Source: an uncultured delta proteobacterium (GTDB lineage: Bacteria > Desulfobacterota > Binatia > Bin18). From it: DNA of 37,980 bases. Made by a program: the position numbers and the translations under genes. Below are positions 1 through 11,778 of the stretch, in pieces. The notes beneath the pieces were generated by a model that was given only the letters and a program-made list of their open reading frames with translations, was not told the origin of the DNA and searched no databases. Where the stretch lies: NCBI GenBank assembly GCA_963733195.1, contig CAVTCR010000068.1:1-37980 (forward strand), in the 5' to 3' direction. Within the stretch, counting starts at the first letter, position 1; every line of letters starts with the position of its first letter.

Positions 1-2172
1 CCTTTCGTCAGATGGCCAATCGCCTCCACATTGGCCGAGCGCTTTCCAGGTCGCTACCCGCCTCGCCGCCAGTAGGGATCGCGTCCTCGACCAGCCCTGC
101 TTCGGTATAGTGACGGGCGAGCAGTTCCGGCTGCGTTTCTTTCGTGTCAGGAAATTGTTCCTCCAACACCTGCGCAATCTGGCGGTGATACTGTTGTCGT
201 GTGCTCTTGAGCAACAACTGATAAGCAGTGTCCTGAATCAGCGCATGCTTAAAGAGATAGGTCGCCTGCGGGGGCAGGCCACGCTGATACACCAGTTCCG
301 CTTCCACCAACCGCCTCAACCCCTGCTGTAAGGTCTCTCTCGTCGAGGGGGGAAACCGCACGCATCAGTTCATAGCAAATTCCCGCCCGAGAGTCGCCCC
401 CAGCTGTACGATCTCTTTGACCGTGGATAAGCGATCCAAACGGGCCATCAAGGAGTCCTGTAAGGTCGAGGGAATCGCTAACCGCGGCAGAGTACCGTTA
501 ACTCATAGCGATCTTCCCTTTCTCGTACCAACTCTGACTCCAGCACCATCTTGGTCAACTCTTCGACAAACAGCGGCACCCCATCGGTCTTGGTATGATC
601 TGCTGCAAACCTCTGCCGGTAAGGCTTTGCCGCCAGTTACTTGCGCGACCATCGCTTCGACCTGCGGCCGCTGCAAGCGACTGAGGGTGAGCTGAGTGAT
701 ATGTGAATGTGGCCGCCACGGCGGGGTGAAATCCGGACGAAAGGTGAGCAAGGCGAGCAGCCGCGTCGTCGGCGCCTGGTCCAGCAAGAGGGTGAGGACT
801 TCCAATGTGGAGGGATCGACCCAGTGCAAATCCTCCCAGGCCAATACACGGTAGCCTTTCTCTGCTTCCTCTAACAGCCAGGCTACTAATGCTTCTTGGG
901 TCTTTTGCTTCTGTTTCTGCGGGCTCAGGGTAAGAGAGGGAGCGCCTTCAGGCTGGGGCAACGAGAGCAAGGTGGCTAAGAGGGGCAGGGTATCGGCCTG
1001 GGGGAAGCGATACGTCGCGAGCGTCTGTTGGAGTTTGTAACTTGGTCTTGAGGAGTATCGTCCCGCGCAAACTGCAAGAGCCGATGCAGGTGCTCGATGA
1101 GGGGATAGAAAGCGCTGTTCTGATGATAGGGCGAGCAGCGAAACTCGATGCGCGTGCACCCTCGGCGCAGACCTGCTCTTTCAGCGCCTGCACCAGGCGG
1201 GATTTGCCAATCCCGGCCTCGCCACTGAGCAGCACGACTTGCCCTTCGCCTGCTTTGGCCCGTTTCCATCGCTCGCGCAGTAAGCCTAGTTCCTCTTCGC
1301 GACCGACCAATGGCGTTAAGCCCGTACTAACCGCTACCTCAAAGCGACTCTGTGCCGCACTCTCGCCTTATGACGCGATACAGCGTCATCGGAGTAGATA
1401 TCCCTTTGAGGGTCTGAGGTCCGAAGTCCTGACACTCGAAAAGCCTTACGAGGCGATGTGTCGCCGCGCTGATGACCACTGTGTCGGGCTCGGCCAAGCC
1501 CTGAATGCGCGCGGCGATGTTCGGCGTCTCACCCAGCGCCAGTATCTCGCGTTTCTCGCTGCCGCCGATCTCGCCGACGACAACTAGCCGGTGTGAATGC
1601 CGATGCGAACTTGGATAGGATGCGATAAGTGCTCTGGGCTGGAGGGGCCGAGGGACGCAACGCCTCAACGATTTCCCATCCCGGCCCGTACCGTTCGCCG
1701 GCGTCGTCTTCGTGGGCCGTTGGATAGCCAAAGTATACGAGCAGCCCATCGCCCAGGTATTGGGCCATCTAGCCGTCGTGGGGCTGAATCACGGGACTAC
1801 AGATCTCTTGATACTGCTGCACCACGCCCGGCAGTCTTCAGGGTCGAGCTGCGCGGAAAGGGCGGTGGAGCCTACCAGATCACAAAACATGACTGTCAGT
1901 TGCCGACGTTCGGCTGCCGAGGAGTGGGGGTGAGGAGTTAGGGATTGGAATGCCTGACGTTGGACCTTGGGTGCTGGACCTTGGACTTGTTTTGACGCTG
2001 GCTCCTCGACACTCGACTGCGACATCAGGGGAGAGCCACACTCGTTACAGAAACGACTGCCTGGTGGGTTTATCCGGCTACAACTCGGGCAGGTCTGTTC
2101 CAGTTTTGCCCCACACGCATTGCAGAATTTTGCTCCGATAGGATTCTTATGCTGACAGGTAGAGCAAACCAT
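1..2172 (-). CDS. STAND-1: double zinc ribbon + class III adenylate/guanylate cyclase + AAA ATPase (TPR part runs off the left edge); multiple frameshifts
   Basis: ORF pieces give [55 protein letters not shown], Walker [11 protein letters not shown], Walker B WEDLHW and FKHALIQD. Confidence 0.9.
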
Positions 2173-2214
2173 TTCATCTTCCTCTCCGCTCAGCTTCTCA
2201 GCAACCGCAACCGA

Positions 2215-2571
2215 TTAGCGAAGCGGCAAGAAGCGGATTTGACCTTCCCATTCGCCCTCTAGACTACACGCTGTCACCACAAGTATCTCCTCGATGGCTT
2301 GGCCGATCGGTAGGTACTGGCTCACTTCAAAGACGCCCGACATCGGCTTGCCTTCGGCCACCCGCGCTTCTGCATAGGGGCGCATCGTTGTGACGTCATG
2401 CGTGAACAATACACGCTGCTCGGTCACCAACCACTCCAGGATTTTCTGATCCTCGTCTCGCTCTTCCCGGCTCATGGGACCTCGTAGCTGGACAATCTAA
2501 CGGCTCTGCCGTCAACGGAGCACTCCACGGAGGATGCGGTTATTGAAGTCCTCGTCTACTGCAAATTTCAT
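2215..2571 (-). CDS. DUF5615 family PIN-like toxin (VapC45-like), frameshifted
   Basis: The N-terminus MKFAVDEDFNNRILRGVLR (ATG at 2571) joins the ORF containing ILEW..EQRVLFTHDVTTM..GEWEGQIRFLPL; lies directly downstream of DUF433. Confidence 0.8.
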
Positions 2572-2901
2572 GAGCCGTGTCTGTGTCGGGCTAGCAGCCG
2601 CTGCCCGAATCCCGTGCGGAGAGTGACGAGCTTCAACTTCCTGTCTGATCTCTTCGCGCTGAAGCCGTCGCGCCGCGAGATAAGAGTCGATAGCCGATTG
2701 GTTTTCCAGATAGTACCCGATCACCGCATACACATCGGCCAGCGAAACGGCGTCATACTGTTGGACGATTTCTTCTGGCGTAGCACCGTCGTGAAAGGCC
2801 ACAAGCACCGAATCGAGAGACACGCGCGTCCCTCCAACGCGAAACACCCCTGCCGCATCAAGATGCAACGGTACCGGTTTCGTTACGATCGAAATGTTCA
2901 T
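2568..2901 (-). CDS. DUF433 domain antitoxin (VapB45-like)
   Basis: RVGGTRVSLDSVLVAFHDGATPEEIVQQY..LADVYAVIGYY is the DUF433 signature; an apparent frameshift near the 3' end fuses it to the toxin start in the ORF track. Confidence 0.85.
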
Positions 2902-2972
2902 GGGCATACCCTAGCATTATCCGTGCAAAAAAGCGGGAGCCGAATTGTATCCTTTTTCTTCGACGCTAGACT

Positions 2973-5900
2973 CTAGACGCTAGACCCTAGACTGTCCAGC
3001 AACGCCTTGGCCTCTTGCAAGTCTTTCGTGTCAAACCCTTCGGTGAACCAGCCGTAGATCTCCGACAACATGCGTGAGCTTCCTTCTGCTTGCCTTGCTG
3101 CTGCCATAGGCGCGCGAGGCTTATCACCGCTCGCAGCTCCAGAGACTTCGCCTGCTGCGTATGGGCAATCTCAATCGCTTTCAAGAAAACACTCCTCCAC
3201 TTCTGCTTCGAGTCTGGTCACTAGGATCAGACTGTCAGCAACTTTGGAACTTTGAATCTTGAACTTTAACTGCTCGAGCGTGAGTTCGCCTTTCAGCCGA
3301 TACAGCTCCGCCTCGTAGAAACGCTCCCCAGTTTTGTCCACATGAGCCAACGCCTCGGCCAGCGCACTCAGCCCTTCTTCTATCTGTCCTCCTTTCCCAT
3401 ATGCCTCGACCAGCAGCGCAAGAAAATACGACTGAACTCTTGCGAGCCTGCGGTCCTATAGGCGGCCAGCCCCTGACGCATCTGCTCGATCCTCCGCTGC
3501 TTGTCCCTGCTCCGCCAGCGCCCAACCCCGCAGGATAGTCCCATGCACCAACCAGTACGAAAATCCCTGGTCAGTCAAAAGTGTAATGAGCTGCCTCTGC
3601 TCGCTCTTGGGCTGCCTGACTCTCCCGGCGGAGCTGATGAACAATGGCTGCAAAGTCCAGAGCATTCCCTATGCTTGCAGGGTGAGATAGGTCATGAGCT
3701 AGCGTCAGTGCCTCTTGGCTTCGCGCCAGCGCCTGGTCCGGATAACCCAGCAACCACAGGAGCCCAGGCTGCAAAGTCCCGACAGCACCCCCCAGGATCA
3801 TGCCCGCCATAGAGAAAGGTCAGGGAGTGGTGCTGCCGAGAATCGTAGAGGGCAATCCCCTGTTCACAGTGCTCTCGGGCAGCGGCCAACTCTCCAAGCA
3901 ATAATGAGATGGCCCACAGCGGGTGATGGGCTTCCAGGAGGAGTGCGGGGTCTTGGACACTCCGGGCCAGATTGAGGAGTTGCTCCCCCAGCTCCCGTGC
4001 CGTCTGAAACTCGCCCCGCCCCGAATGAAACAGACACAATCCCCACAGTGCCGGGAAGAGCTGCGGAGTCTCTCCCACCTGCTGACACAGCTCCCGCGCC
4101 CGGGCATATGCTTGTTCTACTTCCGTGCTGCCCAGCCCTTGGTGACCATCAGCGCACCACCCAGGGTGATTTGCAGCGTGAGTTCTTTTTGGGCACGTTC
4201 GGGAGTGTCCGGTAGAGTTTTGAGTAGTTCCAGAGCTGTGGTCAGGTGTCCGATCGCTTCCGCATTGGCCGAGCGTTGTACTGCCTGGTGCCCAGCCAGG
4301 TACAGGTACTCGACGGCTTTCTCCGTATTGCCACTGCGTCGTGTAGTGATGCGCCAAGTCGCTGTAGTGTTCGGCTAGAGAGCGCGGCATAGAGGACTTC
4401 CAACGCTTGCGCCGTGCGTTCATGTAAGGCTTTGCGCCGTTCGAGCAGGACAGAGTTGTACGCCACCTCCTGCGTCAGCGCATGTTTGAAGAGATACTCC
4501 ACTTCCGGAAACGCCGGCTGCTCGTAGAGAAATTCCTTACGCTGCAACGACGACAATAACCGATACAATTCCTCTTCAGTCTGGGGAACGACTTGGCGCA
4601 TCAAGCTCAGCGGGAACTGGCGCCCCATAATGGCTAAGTGGTGCAAGAAGGCTTTCTCGTCGTCGGCCAAGCGGTCGATGCGGGCCGCCAGCACCCCTTG
4701 CACGGTGGGGGAGATATGGAGTGCGCTCGGCGCGTGCTCCAGCCGGTACTGGCTGCGCTCGCCGCTGAGCACGCCCTCTTCCGCTAACGTCTGCACCACT
4801 TCTTCCATGAAAAACGGCGTGCCCTCGGTCTTCTCTAGGATAAGTTGCTTGAGGGTGTGAGGGACGAATTCAGCTGTGGCCGGTCTCCTGACCGCGCCAC
4901 CAACGGCACCGAAGACCTCGCACTGTCGGCGGGTCAGACCCGCGCCGAGCAAATGACTCACCCAGCAACTCATTAAGAAATTCCTCAGCTTCGGCCTTGC
5001 CGAAGGGCGCAAGCCGTAGTTGTGTGTAATACGTTTTCTGCCCCCACTCATGGCGATACTCGGGCCGATAGTTCACCAGCAGCAAAATCCGCGCACTCGC
5101 CACGCCTTCACTCAACGTATCAAGCAACTCTTGCGTCTCACTGTCAATCCAGTGCAAGTCCTCAAAGATGAGGAGCAAGGGCTGATTGAGACTCTCGCGC
5201 AGGAACAGTTTCTTGAACGCCTCAAACGTCCGCCGCCGCCGAATCTGCGCATCCATCTGCTGCAAACTCGCTTGTCGGGTCGTCGATAGCCAGTAGGGCA
5301 AAGAGATACGGCAGGGTCTCCTCCAAGCTGCGATCAAGCTCAACACTTTCCCGGTCACCTTCTCCCGCCGTTTGCGCTCGTCATCTTGGGCAGTGATGTC
5401 AAAGTAACTCTTGAGTAGCTCGATCACTGGCAAATACGGGGAGGCTTTGCCATACGAGACGGAGTAGGCTTCGAGCAGTAGACAGCCACTTTGGGAGGTG
5501 AACTTAAACTCGTAAAACAATCGCGACTTCCCTAACCCGGGCTCGCCTATGACACCGACAATCTGCCCGTGCCCGGCTTTGGCCTGCTCTAATGCCCGGC
5601 GCATTTGCTCCATCTCACTGTGGCGGCCCACAAACCGGGTAAGGCCGCGTTGGGCGGAGACTTGCAGACGCGTGCGCAGGGGGCCTGCGCCCAGGACCTC
5701 ATAGACGTTCAGCGGCGCTTCCACGCCTTTGACTTGGGTCTCCCCAATGCCTTGACCTCAAAGTAGCCGTTGTGAGCTTGTGGGTCTGCTCGGTGACCAG
5801 AATCGAGCCGGGCGTAGCTAATTGTTCCATGCGGGCCGCAAGGTTGGTTGAGTGGCCTACCGGCACGTAGTCAGTATGCAGATCATCTTTGCGGATCGAG

Positions 5901-6569
5901 CGGACGACGACTTCTCCGGTGTTCACGCCGACCCTCATCAGCAGGGGCGGATAGCCCTTTTGTCGCAGCGTGTCGGCATAGCGGCGCATCTCCTCTTGCA
6001 TGCGCAGTGCGGCATAGAGTGCCCGCTGGGGATGATCTTCATGGGCAAGCGGCGCACCAAACAAGCGCAAAGATGCCATCGCCTAACACTTGCGCCACAT
6101 AGCCCTCGTAGCGATGCACGGCGTCCATCATGAGCTGCAAGGCCGGGTCAATAATCGCCCGCGCCTCTTCGGGATCGAGTCCTTCAATCAACGCGGTCGA
6201 GCCTTTGAGATCAGCAAACAGGGCGGTGATGGTTTTGCGTTCGCCATCAGTACTGCCGCGCGCTTCCAGTGCCGCCTGCTCGGCCCGGATGCGCTCGGCC
6301 AGATGCGGCGGGGTGTAGCTGGCGGGGAGTTGGTGGCTGTGCTGTGACGCTGGGAGTGTTGAGTTGGATGGAGCCAACTTCCGTCGCCCATCCATACCAA
6401 CACTTTCCATCTTCATCACTAGCGAGCCGCTGCGCCTTAATGAGTTCGTTTTTAGGGCCTCCAGCTGCTCCTCATCCAGACTGAACTCAGCTTAAGCGCC
6501 CGATAGGTGATCCGCTCCGGCTGCTGGAGAAGGGAGGCGACTCGTTCGATCGATCTCTAGAGAATCCAT
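2973..6569 (-). CDS. STAND-2: N-terminal helical/wHTH-like domain + class III cyclase + AAA ATPase + TPR; many frameshifts
   Basis: Reconstructed start [54 protein letters not shown] (ATG 6569 overlaps the upstream TGA); [44 protein letters not shown]; C-terminus [23 protein letters not shown] with stop at 2973. Confidence 0.88.
4874..4950. repeat. REP-like hairpin doublet inserted inside the STAND-2 coding sequence
   Basis: Two hairpins, GTGGCCGGTC-TCCT-GACCGCGCCAC (4876-4900) and TCGGCGGGTC-A-GACCCGCGCCGA (4926-4948), absent from the paralogs. Confidence 0.75.
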
Positions 6570-9500
6570 CACTGACCCTCCGCCAATTCGGCCAACAACG
6601 CCTTCGCCTCTTGCAAGTCTTTCGTGTCAAAGCCTTCGGTGAACCAATTGTAGATGTCTGACAACAGTCTTGTGAGCTTCTTCTTTCTTGCCTTGTTGCT
6701 GCCACAGACGGGCGAGGCTGGTGGTGGCACGTAACTCCCAGGACTTGGCTTGCTGTTTACGGGCGATGTCGATGGCTTTAAGGAAACAGGCTTCGGCTTC
6801 GTCAGTTTTTCCCCTCACGCGCTCAGCCGACAGTCTTCCGACCTTCTTGCGCCAGCAGGAGTTCGCCCTTGAGACGGTGGATCTCAGCTTCAAGCACGCG
6901 ATTGTCATGGCGGTCTGCTAAGTGCAGCGCCTCGCTGACCGTTTGCAGGCCCTTATCAAATTGTCCGCTCTTACCATACGCCTCAATCAACGGAACGTAG
7001 GAAAACGGCTCGAAGACAATCGTGCCAGTCGTACGGATACGCGAGAGGCCGTGTTCCAATTCGGTGATCCCGGCGTGCGGCTGGCCTTGTTGGACCAGCA
7101 TCCATCCGCGGTTGACCATGCCATGGGCTACCCACACGGAAAACCCGTGGTCGGTAGCAAAGGCCAGTGCCTCTTCTATCGGTTCGCATGCTTCCCGCCA
7201 TTCCCGACGATACAGCCGAATCCACAGACTGGACGTCAATGCCCACGCCAGACTATGGGCATGCCCGAGCTCCTGGGCCCAGGTCACCGTTTCGTGGGCT
7301 CGATGCAGTGCTTGGTCAGGATAGCCCAGACTCCACATCGTTCTGGCCAAATATTCCAGACCAAACATGCGTGAATCTCGTCCATACAAGAGAATGTGAT
7401 CGCGATGTTGTGCTGGCTCATAGCGAGCCAGCGCCGCTTCAAAATGGGTTCGCGCCCCCGTAAACTCGCCACGCCAGTATAGGGGTGCTCCCATCGCGAG
7501 ATGGGCTTCGACCTGAAGTCCGGCCCCTCCTTCCTGCTCCGCTAAGGTCAGCAGTTGCTGCGCCAAGGCGTACCCCTTGTGCAGATTCGCCTGAATGTTG
7601 TGGAACACACAGAGCCCGCGTAAGATCGGAAACAGCTGCGGGACATGCCCAATCTCTACGCAGAGGGCATGCGCCCGCTCATACGTGCGGCCGACTTCTC
7701 GCGAGCCAAAGCCTTTGGTCGCCTGCAGCGGCACTCCCAAGGCGAGTTGCAGGGTCAGCTCTCGGTGGGTGCGCTCTTGGCTGTCAGGCAGCGTTGGGAG
7801 CAGCTCCAGCGCTGTGGTGAGGTAGGTGACGGCCTCGGCATTGGCCGACCGTTGGGTTGCCTGTTGCCCGGCCTTGTGGAGATACTCGATCGCTTTCTCT
7901 GCATTCCCACTGCGACTGTAGTGATGCGCTAGCTCGGGGTAGTACTCTTCCAAGCGATCCTGACACCGCGCTTCGAGCACCCGCGCGGTGTGTTCATGCA
8001 GGACTTTGCGGCGTTCGAGAAGGACAGAGTTGTACGCGACTTCCTGGGTCAGGGCATGCTTGAAGAAATATTCGACTTCCGGGAAGGCGGGCTGCTCATA
8101 GAGAAACTCTTTGTTTTGTAATGACGTCAACAAGCGGAAGAGTTCTTCCTCCGGTTGCGCGATGACATGCGTGATGAGACTCAAGGGAAACTCGCGCCCG
8201 ATCACCGCCAACTGTTGCAACAGGGCTTTCTCGTCGGGTGAGAGGCGATCAATCCGGGCGGCGAGCACGCCGTGAACCGTCGGCGGAATCTGCAGTGCAG
8301 TGGTCGGACGAGTCAGGACCCACCCGCTGGCAGCCTCTTGCCTCAGCATTCCCTGTTCTACCAACTCCCGCACTACTTCTTCCATGAAGAACGGCGTGCC
8401 GTCGGTCTTGGTGAGAATGAGCTGCTTGAGGGCGTGCAGGGGCGCGGCCTGCTGTCCCCCGGCGCCATTCCCTAACAGGAGGTCGAGGAATTCTTCGGCC
8501 TCCGCTCGGCCAAACGGGGCTAAGCGGAGCTGCGTGTAATAGGTCTTCTGGCCCCAGTCGTGCCGATACTCGGGACGATAATTGACCAGCAACAAGATCT
8601 TCGCTGAGGCGACTCCCTCACTCAGCAGGTCTAAGAAGCCTTGGGTCTCGCTATCGATCCAGTGCAAGTCCTCAAAGATAAGGATCACGGGCTGGTTGAG
8701 ACTCTCTCTGAGGAAGAGTTGTTTGAGTGCCGCGAACGTGCGTCGGCGCCGAATCTGCGGGTCCATCTGCTGGAGGGGCGACGGCTGTTCTTCAATCCCC
8801 AGCAGGCCAAACAGATATGGCAGCGTGTTTTCGAGGGTACGGTCCAAACCAAGCACTTTGCCAATCACGCGTTCTCGCCGCTTGCGTTCCTCATCCTGGG
8901 GCTGGAGGTCAAAGTAACCCTTGAGCAGTTCGATCACGGGCAGATACGGCGACGCTTTCCCATATGAGACCGAATAGGCTTCGAGAATCAAACCACCAGC
9001 TTGTGAGAGGAGCGTGAACTCATAGAACAACCGTGACTTGCCTAACCCCGGTTCGCCCATGACCCCAACAATTTGGCCACGTCCTGCTTTTGGCTTGTGT
9101 AAGGGCGTGTTGCAGCTGCTCCATCTCGCGCTGGCGCCCGACAAAGCGGGTCAGCCCACGCCGGGCGGACACTTGCAGCCGCGTGCGCAACGGGCCGACG
9201 CCGAGCACTTCGTAGATGGTGAGTGGCACTTCGACCCCTTTAATCTGCGTCTGCCCCAGCGCTTTGAACGCGAAGTAACCGTCCGTGAGCTTGTGGGTCT
9301 GCTCGGTGACCAGAATCGAGCCGGGCGTAGCTAATTGTTCCATGCGGGCCGCAAGGTTGGTTGAGTGGCCTACCGGCACGTAGTCAGTATGCAGATCATC
9401 TTTGCGGATCGACCGGACGACGACTTCTCCGGTGTTCACGCCGACCCTCATCAGCAGGGGCGGATAGCCCTTTTGTCGCAGCGTGTCGGCATAGCGGTGC

Positions 9501-10045
9501 ATCTCCTCTTGCATGCGCAGCGCGGCATAGAGTGCCCGCTGGGGATGGTCTTCATGAGCAAGGGGCGCACCAAACAAAGCAAAGATGCCATCGCCGAGCG
9601 CTTGGGCAACATAGCCCTCGTAGCGATGCACGGCGTCCATCATCAGCTGCAAGGCGGGATCAATGATCGCGCGGGCTTCTTCCGGGTCGAGTCCTTCAAT
9701 CAATGCGGTCGAGCCTTTGAGATCGGCAAACAGCGCGGTGATCGTCTTGCGCTCGCCGTCTGTGGTGCCACGGGCTTCGAGTGCCGCTTGCTCAGCCCGG
9801 ATACGTTCGGCAAGATGGGGAGGCGTGTAACTCACAGGAGGCGGAAGGTTAGGTGTTGGGAACACCGAGCCAGCAATGGGTGACTGGGGATGAACAAGGA
9901 GGGTAGTACCGCACTCACCACAAAACTTGGCTTGTGGGGCATTCTCAAAGCCACACCGGGCACAGCACCGTTTGAGCGAGGTCCCGCACTCGTTGCAAAA
10001 CTTCAGCCCTTCAGGATTCTCAAACCCACAACTCGCACAACGCAT
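6569..10045 (-). CDS. STAND-3: double zinc ribbon + class III cyclase + AAA ATPase + TPR; about 3 frameshifts (~9105, ~6835, ~6670)
   Basis: ORFs 9020-10045 and 6823-9144 plus tail pieces: [57 protein letters not shown]; stop TGA at 6571-6569. Confidence 0.92.
8436..8463. repeat. Degenerate GTAG-type REP embedded in frame in STAND-3
   Basis: GCAGGGGCGCGGCCTGCTGTCCCCCGGC resembles GTAGGGGCG..CGCCCCTAC REPs; it encodes AGGQQAAPL. Confidence 0.5.
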
Positions 10046-10102
10046 GCTGCTTCCTTACTCCTTCAGGCGTTCCAGGGCAAGGAATACGCTCGTGCCTCGT
10101 AG

Positions 10103-10580
10103 TCAAGCGGCAATCTTCTGCGGTGTATGCGTACTCCGTTGCAGTCCATCTTTATACTGCGCCCCAGTAGACACGGCCGGGAGTAATTCGGCTCCCTTGA
10201 GTCGACGAAAGGTCGATTCCGCTACCTGCAACAGCTTCCAGATCACCGCCGTGGCGTTCTCTACCTTCTTGAAGCGTTTGGCTGCCGTGGTTCGCAGTCG
10301 TACGGTTGCGAAGGGGGACTCGACGACATTGGTCGTTCGCAAGTGCGGCCAATGTTCACGTGGGAATTGGTAGAAGGTGACGAGCCGCTCCCAATCGTCG
10401 GCCAGCCGCTCCACGGCTTTGGGTGCCAACTTCCGATAGCCGGTGGTGAACTCCGCTCGTAGCTCCTCGCAGGTCGCTTGGGTTTCGGCAAGAGCATCGC
10501 GCACAACAGGGAGCGGGCCTCCGGCTGATGTGGCTTGGGGATGGCGTCAAGAACATTGATAATCCAATGATTCCAACAGA
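10103..10580 (-). mobile_element. IS256 family transposase remnant (C-terminal part)
   Basis: CWNH (CxxH) motif, LVTFYQFPREHWPHLRTTNVVESPFATVRLRT; the N-terminal part is missing. Confidence 0.85.
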
Positions 10581-10650
10581 GCTTGGATGAATTGCTGGAC
10601 ATGATCGCGGACAAAGTCTTCTAAGTGCCCCCAGGTCTTGTTAGCCTTTA

Positions 10651-10935
10651 GAGCCTGTTGACATAAAATTTTTCAAGCCTTTGCAAGGGTAATTTTGATC
10701 ATGGCAATGCGGATGAGGTTTTCCTCGGTAGCGGTAAGGATTTCGCAGTCCTTGGCCAGCCTTCGGAAACCGTTCAGCCAAGCGAGTGCGCGTTCCACCT
10801 TCCAGCGCTGCTTGATCACGGCAAACCCTTTCTGGAGGCTCTTGGAGATGTCCATCCACCTGCCCAGCGTTTCGGTGACAAAGGAAAAACACGTGCCGCG
10901 GAGACCTTCGTCGGCGCAAAAGGCCTGATAGACGG
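10651..10935 (-). mobile_element. IS5 family (IS1031/IS427-like) transposase remnant with a probable terminal inverted repeat
   Basis: GFAVIKQRWKVERALAWLNGFRRLAKD; terminal GAGCCTGTTGACA at 10651 is preceded by TTA (TWA-type target). Confidence 0.8.
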
Positions 10936-11078
10936 GCTGCAAGCACCAAGGCCTCTCGACCTCTGTCACACCAGAACCGCACTCAGTGTAGTCCTCGGCT
11001 GTCCTTTTTTCATCGGGTATGGTGAGGCTTCGCCTCATCACACGGCTCATAGGTGTTCGGCTTGCCGTCGTCTCCTCT

Positions 11079-11409
11079 CTAGTGCAAGCCCAACCACTCT
11101 CGCAACGAGGCATCTAATTTCTTAGCGTCCCCTGTCCCCAATCTCCCGACACCTCTGGGTACAAGCCTCTCATGGATGGTAAAGACACCTCGCTTAGCCG
11201 CCGTTTCGAAGTTAAGCCTGCTCCCTTCCGTCAGCGAGCACAAACTCACCCGCCAGTAAGCCTGTCGTTTTGCTGGTAAGCGGGACGATAAGTACGTCTT
11301 GAGACGTATGGGGCGCATTGACAATAACAGCGGGACGCACCTTGGTGCTGGTCAGATCCGAGAACGGGTAGCGCACGAGCACGACCTCATTTTTCGAGTA
11401 GCTCGGCAT
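11079..11409 (-). CDS. PemK/MazF family toxin (one frameshift at ~11230)
   Basis: MPSYSKNEVVLVRYPFSDLTSTKVRPAVIV..LIVPLTS then AGLNFETAAKRGVFTI..LDASLREWLGL. Confidence 0.85.
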
Positions 11410-11590
11410 AGACGTCGTCCTCTGCACCTCCCCATATGGTGCTCAACGATGATTCGCTTGCGGATAACCAGAAGCCTGCATCATCTTCCGGCAAGAGGGT
11501 GACTAAAGCACGCGTTCCTTCAGGGACTTTCACGTCCTCGAGCGGGACTATTTTACCGTCACGGATCACCGCCCAAATCGTATTGATCAT
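11387..11590 (-). CDS. Putative antitoxin (AF2212/DUF104-like)
   Basis: 67 aa, AVIRDGKIVPLEDVKVPEGTRALVT; overlaps the MazF start; GAGGT RBS and a TATGCT -10-like element upstream. Confidence 0.75.
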   Translation of the reverse strand: MINTIWAVIRDGKIVPLEDVKVPEGTRALVTLLPEDDAGFWLSASESSLSTIWGGAEDDVYAELLEK

Positions 11591-11744
11591 ATGCGATTAC
11601 CTCAGGCTCAGCATACCGAAGGCATTTCGAGGCGACAATTGCGCTGGAGCCGAACTTTAATTCAACGGCAAGGCTCCCGGCTATTAGCAGAAACCTCTTC
11701 CTACGAATAGCCAGAACGGTCTACGGGTAGCCAGCTCTATACGG

Positions 11745-11778
11745 CTATATGTAGCCATATTAACATGGCTACATATAG
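11745..11778. repeat. Perfect 14-6-14 inverted repeat
   Basis: CTATATGTAGCCAT-attaac-ATGGCTACATATAG. Confidence 0.9.

Noticed and set aside
5772-9576. Diversity-generating retroelement TR/VR pair (also considered for 23807/24686)
   Set aside because: No reverse transcriptase in the window, the mismatches are too few or not adenine-specific, and both copies are explained by paralogy.
1042-9883. Numerous + strand ORFs over the STAND genes (and antisense ORFs over tamA/tamB)
   Set aside because: Shadow ORFs of GC-rich coding DNA with no recognisable motifs.
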